From: Bellilinea caldifistulae
GTDB lineage: Bacteria; Chloroflexota; Anaerolineae; Anaerolineales; Anaerolineaceae
Direction: 5' to 3'
DNA length: 32,000 nucleotides
Assembly (NCBI RefSeq): GCF_001306055.1
Contig: NZ_LGHJ01000011.1
Location: 180,001 to 212,000, forward strand
Every line of letters begins with the position of its first letter. Positions within the stretch are counted from its first letter, which is position 1. The notes below the pieces were generated by a model. It did not search any database. It saw nothing but the letters and a program-made list of their open reading frames with translations, and was not told the origin of the DNA. A program made the position numbers and the translations under genes. Positions 26,021 through 32,000 of this stretch are shown here, one piece after another.

Positions 26021-26045
26021 AAAAAAATCCCCTTTTCAGGGGATT
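26021..26045 (-). terminator. Intrinsic terminator of tRNA-Gly
   Basis: The minus-strand RNA is AATCCCC-TGAAAA-GGGGATT followed by TTTTT, starting 6 nt after the tRNA 3' end. Confidence 0.8.
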
Positions 26046-26050
26046 GAGAG

Positions 26051-26123
<73 letters not shown>

Positions 26124-26142
26124 AGTTTTCGAACGCATCCCA

Positions 26143-26170
26143 ATTATAGCAAGAATCCGAAAATCGTCAA
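26143..26170 (-). promoter_or_regulatory. Sigma70-type promoter for tRNA-Gly
   Basis: On the minus strand, TTGACG (26170-26165), a 16-nt spacer and TATAAT (26148-26143), 19 nt upstream of the tRNA 5' end. Confidence 0.65.
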
Positions 26171-26238
26171 CCTTTTGACGGGCATTTTTCCATTCCCTTC
26201 CACGCGCGAAAGCGACTCACCGGCTGCCGCCTTTCAAG

Positions 26239-26247
26239 TGTTATAAT
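26239..26247 (+). promoter_or_regulatory. Extended -10 promoter element upstream of the first GT-C-like gene
   Basis: TGTTATAAT fits TGnTATAAT. There is no good -35. It lies 48 nt before the ATG at 26296. Confidence 0.4.
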
Positions 26248-26295
26248 TCCGCTCGCGTTCTGGTCATCCCTTTTTGCAACCAACGGCTACTTTGT

Positions 26296-28131
26296 ATGCG
26301 TCGTCTTTCGGCGGTTGTCATTTTCATCCTCGCTTGTTTCTGGATTGTTGTCGCTCTTTTTGCCGGGCAGTTCGGTCTGGATAACGACCCCGGCTGGGGC
26401 AGAGGACGGACGATTCTCTTCCTCGCCGGTCTGCTGGGGGCGCTTTGCGGATTGGGGGTGTATTTCCTGCCGCTTATCCAACCACCGTTGAGAAAAGCAG
26501 AAGCACTCCTTTTGGAGCGGCTGGCACTTCTCCGAACAACAACCGCTTACCGCCGGCTTCAGGGCTGGCTGCAAGTTGTCTACAGGCTGCCGATCCTCTC
26601 CAGCCGTGAGCGGCGCGGGCGGGCAGCCCTGATCGTTTCGATTTTCTTTTCGCTGGCGGCGGTCTGGTGGTATGTTACTGCCGGGACGCTGACCGGCTGG
26701 TTCCCGTATCCCCACACCTACTTTGACCGCCTGGCGCAGGCTTTCCGTCACGGGCAGTTGTCGCTTCTGGATCAGCCGGATGTTTCCTTATCCAGCCTCG
26801 CCGATCCCTACCCGTTTGAAAATCGCCAGAATGCTCGTTACTTGTGGGATGTTTCCTACTACCGGGGGCGCTTTTACCTCTATTGGGGGCCTGCCCCGGC
26901 GCTGATTCTGGCAGGTATCAAGAGTGTGGTAGGCGGGGTGATTGAGGATCAGGCTCTTGTGGTCGGATTTTTGCTCGGCATGGTCACCCTGCTGCCGTGG
27001 ATTGGCTACCGCCTGTGGCAGATCGTCCCCTCGCCGCGGAAGGCCGGCTGGTTGTTGATTTTCCTGCCGGCGTTGAGCTTGAACCTGTACCTGCTCTGGC
27101 CGACCGGCCGACCGGGCGTGTATGAAGCGTCCATCCTGAGCGGGCAGTTTTTTCTGCTGGCGGGAGTTGCCGCGCTGATCGAAGCCGTCCGCCGACCGCA
27201 AGCCAGCCGGGTCTGGTATCTGGCGGCGGGGGCGGCTGTGGGGCTGGCCATCGGCAGTCGGATGACCTTGCTGGTCTCGGCTCTCTGGCTGCTGGTGCTG
27301 GTGGTCTGGCTGAACCGCGTCCATTTTGGTGGGCAAATGCGTTCCTTTTACGCCGCCAGCGCCGCCTTTGCCCTGCCGATTCTGGTCAGCATTGGCTTGC
27401 TGATGGCTTACAACGCCGCCCGCTTTGGCAACCCGTTGGAGAGCGGGCTGAGTTACCAGCTCGGTATTCCCGGTTACCCTCCGCAGCGCGAGTGGGTATT
27501 TTCGACCCGCTACCTGCTCCCCAACCTGTATCATTACCTGCTGCGGCCGGCCGTCTGGCGGGCTGAATTTCCGTACATCTTCGTGCCTTTCATCCCCGAA
27601 ACCAGCTGGCCCTGGTTCATCCGCCTGCCGGAGCACTACACCGCCCACGAGTCGCAAGCCGGCTGGTTGAGCATTTTCCCGATGCTGGTGATCCTGCCTG
27701 CCGGTGGGGCACTGCTTTGGGGCTGGCTGCGCCCCTACCTGAGCCACCGGCGCTTCTCACGCCTTTGGAAAGACGCATTCCTCCCACTGGAGGGCTGGCT
27801 GCTGCTGGGGTTGCTGGGCAGCGGGCTGGCCCAAACAGCGATTTTGTTGCTGTATTTCTTCCCCTCCATGCGCTTTCAAATTGAAATTGTGCCGTTGCTC
27901 TCCCTTTCGGCCTGGCTGGTCTTCTTATGGCTGCAGGGGAAACTGACCGGGCATCGCTGGCTGCGCCCCTCATTGACGGCGCTGATGGCAGCCCTGGCCT
28001 TCTACGGACTGGTCGTGGGGCTGCTGGGCGGTTTTTCCGCCGGCGAGGAATTGTTTAAAGAGCATAATCCTTTGCTGTTCCAGCAAATCGGCGGCGGGTT
28101 TTTAATACAATTACGTACGATAAGGAGTTAA
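26296..28131 (+). CDS. Polytopic membrane protein, GT-C-like putative glycosyltransferase (611 aa)
   Basis: It has more than 10 predicted hydrophobic helices and a large early loop with LWDVSYYRGRFYLYWGPAPAL. The overall layout resembles ArnT/PMT-type enzymes. I could not verify the family. Confidence 0.45.
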   Translation: MRRLSAVVIFILACFWIVVALFAGQFGLDNDPGWGRGRTILFLAGLLGALCGLGVYFLPLIQPPLRKAEALLLERLALLRTTTAYRRLQGWLQVVYRLPILSSRERRGRAALIVSIFFSLAAVWWYVTAGTLTGWFPYPHTYFDRLAQAFRHGQLSLLDQPDVSLSSLADPYPFENRQNARYLWDVSYYRGRFYLYWGPAPALILAGIKSVVGGVIEDQALVVGFLLGMVTLLPWIGYRLWQIVPSPRKAGWLLIFLPALSLNLYLLWPTGRPGVYEASILSGQFFLLAGVAALIEAVRRPQASRVWYLAAGAAVGLAIGSRMTLLVSALWLLVLVVWLNRVHFGGQMRSFYAASAAFALPILVSIGLLMAYNAARFGNPLESGLSYQLGIPGYPPQREWVFSTRYLLPNLYHYLLRPAVWRAEFPYIFVPFIPETSWPWFIRLPEHYTAHESQAGWLSIFPMLVILPAGGALLWGWLRPYLSHRRFSRLWKDAFLPLEGWLLLGLLGSGLAQTAILLLYFFPSMRFQIEIVPLLSLSAWLVFLWLQGKLTGHRWLRPSLTALMAALAFYGLVVGLLGGFSAGEELFKEHNPLLFQQIGGGFLIQLRTIRS

Positions 28132-28139
28132 AAAGTTCT

Positions 28140-29693
28140 ATGCAAAATCTCTTTAGGGAATTTTCTCTAAAAAAATTGGTTGCCTTAATCTTTTTTACAG
28201 GATTACTTTGGTTGGGTTTCACCATTGTTGAGGATTTCGGCATTTCATGGGATGAACCAATCCAATTGGACATTGGAATTTCGAATTATCGTTACCTAAA
28301 GAATGCTGACGAGCGCTTGTTAGAATTAAAAGATCGCCATTACGGGCCGCTGTTTGAGATCTTTCTGGTGCGGATGATGGATCAATCCTCACCGCGCCTC
28401 ATGTATCTCAGCCGCCACTTTTGGAACTTTTTCACCTTCCTTCTGGGGGTGATTGGTTTTTACCTGCTGCTGGAAAGTATGTACCCCCGCCGCTGGCTGT
28501 CGTTGTTCGGGGCGGCCCTGCTGGTGTTCAGCCCGCGCCTGTTTGCGGACGCATTTTACAACAGCAAGGATATTCCCTTTCTGGTTGCGGTGATTTGGGC
28601 AATGGCGGCTCTTTTCTTGTACTTAAGCAAGCCTTCTCTGGTCAGATTACTTCTGGTTTGTTTTTATTCGGCTGCTGCGATTGCAATTCGCCTGCCGGGG
28701 ATGTTCCTGCTGGCCCTCACCGCGCTGATGCTCGTCCGGGAAGCGCTGGCCAGGCGGCTGCCCCCACGCCGCGCCGCCACCCATGGTCTGACTTACCTGC
28801 TGCTTACGGCAGTTCTGGTATTCCTGTTTTATCCGGTCTTCTGGCATGACCCGCTCGGCGAAATCCCGCAGGCGTTCGAAATCATGTCCTATTTTCCCCA
28901 TTTTGCTTCCGTCCTCTATATGGGTCATTTTCTCTCGCCGCAGGAACTGCCGTGGCATTATCTGCCGGTGTGGATTGGAATCACCACCCCTATCCCCTAC
29001 CTGTTGTTGATGCTGGCGGGATTCGCCCGGGTGATTCGGCAGTGGCTCAGCCGCCCCAGCTCTCTGCTGGCAGACCAGCAGACCCCCTCCCTTCTGGCGG
29101 CCCTGTGGCTGGGAGTGCCGGCCGGGGCGGTGATTCTGCGGGGGTCGCCGATGTACGACGGCTGGCGGCAGATGTTTTTCATCTACCCGGCCCTGCTGAT
29201 CTTTGCGGTCAGCGGCTGGGAGTGGTTGAGCAGCCTGCTTGGACGGCGGTTGGCTCACACCCGGGCGGGCGGCCTGCTGAACGCCGCTCTGGCGGTGGCG
29301 ATTTTTGTGCCGTCGGGGTTGTGGATGGCATCCCACCATCCCTACCAGAATCTGTATTTCAACCGGCTGGCCGGGCCGGACATGCAGACGGTCAAAATGC
29401 GCTTCGACATGGACTACTGGGGGCTGACCTACCGCCGCGGGCTGGAAGCCATCCTCGAATACGACCCGCGCCCGGTCATCCGCGTCCACGCCGCCAATTT
29501 TCCCGGTGAAGCCAACGCCGCCATTCTACCCGCCGACCAGGCTCGACGGCTGTATTTTGTCCCCGAAATCGAACAGGCCGATTACTTCATCACCAATTAC
29601 CGCTGGCATCCCGAGGATTATCCCTTTCCCAACGAAATTTTTACACTGTGGTGGGGCAACGCCAAAGCGCTTTCGGTATTTCGCCTGCGCTGA
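28140..29693 (+). CDS. GT-C fold membrane glycosyltransferase, family 39 (ArnT/PMT_2)-like (517 aa)
   Basis: AAGGAG lies upstream. The first extracytoplasmic loop carries an acidic motif (ISWDEP). It then has multiple TM helices and a soluble C-terminal ~120-aa domain. Confidence 0.6.
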   Translation: MQNLFREFSLKKLVALIFFTGLLWLGFTIVEDFGISWDEPIQLDIGISNYRYLKNADERLLELKDRHYGPLFEIFLVRMMDQSSPRLMYLSRHFWNFFTFLLGVIGFYLLLESMYPRRWLSLFGAALLVFSPRLFADAFYNSKDIPFLVAVIWAMAALFLYLSKPSLVRLLLVCFYSAAAIAIRLPGMFLLALTALMLVREALARRLPPRRAATHGLTYLLLTAVLVFLFYPVFWHDPLGEIPQAFEIMSYFPHFASVLYMGHFLSPQELPWHYLPVWIGITTPIPYLLLMLAGFARVIRQWLSRPSSLLADQQTPSLLAALWLGVPAGAVILRGSPMYDGWRQMFFIYPALLIFAVSGWEWLSSLLGRRLAHTRAGGLLNAALAVAIFVPSGLWMASHHPYQNLYFNRLAGPDMQTVKMRFDMDYWGLTYRRGLEAILEYDPRPVIRVHAANFPGEANAAILPADQARRLYFVPEIEQADYFITNYRWHPEDYPFPNEIFTLWWGNAKALSVFRLR

Positions 29694-29790
29694 GAAGTTT
29701 CTCTCAACCCCGCCAGACCGCATCCACCGCCTTTTCCTCATTTGTGGGGCTTGACCCTGATTCTTCTACAAAAGGGCGCCACGGGTGAAT

Positions 29791-29820
29791 TTGCATAACT
29801 TCACCCGCCGGTGATACAAT
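29791..29820 (+). promoter_or_regulatory. Promoter placed for a leaderless plsC-like transcript
   Basis: TTGCAT (29791-29796), an 18-nt spacer ending in TGa (extended -10) and TACAAT (29815-29820). Only 7 nt (TAGGCGC) precede the ATG at 29828, and there is no SD. Confidence 0.5.
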
Positions 29821-29827
29821 TAGGCGC

Positions 29828-30547
29828 ATGAACGCCAACATTTCCCCGCATTCTCCGGCGCAAGCTGCCGAACAACCCCCGCCGCGCCGCCGCTTGCAGC
29901 GCGCAGTCGCCTTCCTCATCCGTCACCTGACCCGCACCACCTTCATCGGCGCCGAAAACCTGCCCCCCAGCGGGGGCGTGATCGTCGCCACCAACCACAT
30001 CAGCCGGCTGGATATCCCGGTGCTGTTTGTCAACCCGGTGCGTCCCGATATTACCGCCCTGGTTGCCGATAAATACCTTAAATACCCCTTCTTCCGCTGG
30101 TTTGCGGTGACGGCGGGAGGCATCTGGCTCGACCGCAGCAAAGCCGACTTCACCGCTTTTGGGCAGGCGCTGGCGGTGCTGCAAGCCGGGCGGGCGCTGG
30201 GAATTGCCCCCGAAGGCACCCGCAGCACAACCGCCACCCTGCTGGAAGGAAAACCCGGCACCGTACTGCTGGCGCACCGCGCCCGCGTGCCGATTGTGCC
30301 GGTGGGCATCAGCGGCACGCACACTGCCCTCAAAGCCCTGCTCAAACTGCGGCGGGGTGAGATTGTGGCGCGCTTTGGCAAGCCCTTCCGCCTGCCGCCG
30401 TTCTCGCGCGAAAACCGCGAAGAAGACCTGCGCCGCCAGACCGATGAGGTGATGTGCCGGATTGCCGCCCTGCTGCCGCCCGAATATCGCGGCGTGTACG
30501 CCGATCACCCCCGCCTGCACGAACTGCTCGCCAGCGGCGATTACTGA
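29828..30547 (+). CDS. plsC: 1-acyl-sn-glycerol-3-phosphate acyltransferase family (PlsC-like lysophospholipid acyltransferase)
   Basis: The HX4D motif (NHISRLD) and the PEGTR motif (IAPEGTRS) are present at canonical spacing. Confidence 0.8.
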   Translation: MNANISPHSPAQAAEQPPPRRRLQRAVAFLIRHLTRTTFIGAENLPPSGGVIVATNHISRLDIPVLFVNPVRPDITALVADKYLKYPFFRWFAVTAGGIWLDRSKADFTAFGQALAVLQAGRALGIAPEGTRSTTATLLEGKPGTVLLAHRARVPIVPVGISGTHTALKALLKLRRGEIVARFGKPFRLPPFSRENREEDLRRQTDEVMCRIAALLPPEYRGVYADHPRLHELLASGDY

Positions 30548-30590
30548 CCGGCTCTCAACCGCCGCATCTTTTCCCCGGAGGTTCATTCCA

Positions 30591-32000
30591 ATGCTGCTCC
30601 CCATTTTATTTCCCGTGCTGGCGCTGCTGATCTTTGTGGCGGCTTTTCTGCTGATTCGCACCAGTTTGTTCATGCGCCTTCCCGAACCGGTTGAACCGGT
30701 TGAACTGCCGGAAGTGGACGCCGAGATCGCCGCCGGTCATCTCTCGCTGGCAATTCGCGCAAAGACCATTTCCTACGATGACCAGCCGCCGGACGCCATG
30801 GCCTTCTACGAACTGCACCGCACCCTGGAAACGCTCTACCCGCGCGTTCACGCCACGCTGGAACGCCAGATCGTCTCCGATTTCAGTCTGCTGTACCGCT
30901 GGCGCGGCAATAACCCGGAACTGCCCGCCATCCTGTTTTGCGCCCATCTGGATGTGGTGCCGGCCGCCGAGGACAGCCTTTCTCAGTGGCAGCACCCGCC
31001 TTTCAGCGGCGAGATCGCCGAGGAGCAGGTGTGGGGACGTGGCGCGCTGGATGTCAAGGGGCAGTTGATTGCCCTCATGGAAGCCGCCGAGGGGTTGATT
31101 AAAGCCGGTTTTCAACCCGAACGCACCCTCTACTTTGCCTTCGGCGAGGATGAGGAAGCCGGCGGGCGACGTGGCGCCGCGCGGATTGCCGCTTTGCTGG
31201 CCGAGCGCGGCGAGTCACTCGAAGCCGTGCTGGACGAGGGCGGCGCCATTGTACAGGGGACTTTACCGGGCGTCGAATTGCCGGTTGCGCTGATCGGCAT
31301 TGGCGAAAAGGGCTACCTGACCCTGCGCCTGCGGGTTGAGCAGCCCGGCGGACATTCGTCCGCCCCGCCGCCCAGCACCGCCATTGGCATCCTTTCGCGT
31401 GCCATTACCGCCATCGAAGACCATCCCTTCCCGGCAAGGAGCGTCTTTCTGCGCGAAACCTTCCGCGCCATCGGGGCCGCCGCCTCGCCGGCGCTCCAGT
31501 TGATTTTTGCCAACTCGTGGCTGTTTGACGGACTGCTCAAACGCCGCCTTTCGGCAGACCCGAAAACCAACGCCGCCATCCGTACCACCGCCGCGGTGAC
31601 GATGACGCGCGGCGGCGTCAAAGAAAACGTCCTGCCGCCGGCCGCCGAGGCGGTGGTCAACCTGCGCCTCATGCCGGGGGATACCATCGAATCGGCCGTT
31701 GAGCATGTCCGCCGGGCGGTAAACGATCAGAATGTCCAGATTGAGGTCATTCCCCACGGCTCGTGGGAAGCCACCCCGCTAACTTCACCGGACAGCCCGG
31801 CATACGAGAGCCTCAGCCGCGCCGTGCGCGAGGTCTTCCCCGGCGTCATCACCGCCCCCTATCTGGTGATGGGCGCCACCGACGCCCGTTATTACACGGG
31901 TCTGTGTGAAAACGTCCTGCGCCTGACCCCCCTGGTGATGACCCGCGAGGATCTGGACAGCATCCACAGCATCAACGAGCGCATCAGCGTTGCCGCTGTG
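30591..32000 (+). CDS. Membrane-anchored M20-family metallopeptidase (carboxypeptidase-S-like). The 3' end runs off the window.
   Basis: This gene is not in the supplied ORF track because no stop occurs before nt 32000. My own translation from ATG 30591, 10 nt after GGAGG, gives MLLPILFPVLALLIFVAAFLLIR (TM helix), then CAHLDVVPA, GRGALDVKG, FGEDEEAGG and GGHSSAPP, for 470 codons without a stop. Confidence 0.8.
   Translation, partial: MLLPILFPVLALLIFVAAFLLIRTSLFMRLPEPVEPVELPEVDAEIAAGHLSLAIRAKTISYDDQPPDAMAFYELHRTLETLYPRVHATLERQIVSDFSLLYRWRGNNPELPAILFCAHLDVVPAAEDSLSQWQHPPFSGEIAEEQVWGRGALDVKGQLIALMEAAEGLIKAGFQPERTLYFAFGEDEEAGGRRGAARIAALLAERGESLEAVLDEGGAIVQGTLPGVELPVALIGIGEKGYLTLRLRVEQPGGHSSAPPPSTAIGILSRAITAIEDHPFPARSVFLRETFRAIGAAASPALQLIFANSWLFDGLLKRRLSADPKTNAAIRTTAAVTMTRGGVKENVLPPAAEAVVNLRLMPGDTIESAVEHVRRAVNDQNVQIEVIPHGSWEATPLTSPDSPAYESLSRAVREVFPGVITAPYLVMGATDARYYTGLCENVLRLTPLVMTREDLDSIHSINERISVAAV
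30684..30705 (+). repeat. Short tandem repeat, GAACCGGTT x 2.4
   Basis: The sequence reads directly as gaaccggtt gaaccggtt gaac. It encodes PEPVEPVEL in the linker after the TM helix of the M20 protein. Confidence 0.6.

Overview
This 32-kb window looks like chromosomal DNA from a fairly GC-rich bacterium. The LysW-type lysine/arginine genes, ClpC, RNase J and leaderless-looking starts fit a Chloroflexota-like lineage, but that is only a guess made without a database search. Most of the window is core metabolism and proteostasis. I call 25 protein-coding genes, including one edge-truncated gene at each end, plus 2 tRNAs and one decayed transposase.

Left to right:
- The 3' half of a lysY/argC-lysZ-lysJ-lysK block, then a convergent SDR gene.
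- tRNA-Asn, followed by a minus-strand run: DUF5995-like protein, His-rich NifX/NifB-like protein, small lipoprotein, 100-aa charged protein, a 1466-aa 3xPAS-5xGAF-HD-GYP protein and a 7TM-PAS-GGDEF cyclase.
- A three-gene Hsp20 operon, then xpt-guaA.
- A secreted repeat protein.
- An AT-richer islet around a DUF2690-like Cys-rich secreted protein and the transposase relic.
- RNase J, an aldo/keto reductase, ClpC and tRNA-Gly.
- Two polytopic GT-C-like membrane proteins, a PlsC-type acyltransferase and a membrane-anchored M20 peptidase. The M20 gene runs off the right edge and is missing from the supplied ORF track.

I saw no rRNA, CRISPR array, intact mobile element or recognisable defence system. 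The most unusual items are:
- the paired c-di-GMP enzymes with a translationally coupled small orphan protein;
- the triple sHSP operon with a possible anti-SD hairpin;
- two apparently leaderless genes;
- the AT-rich DUF2690/transposase islet;
- a compositional patch across the junction of the two GT-C genes.

All family assignments come from motif recognition by eye, not from searches. I found no clear-cut novel multi-gene system, and the candidates below are scored with that in mind.
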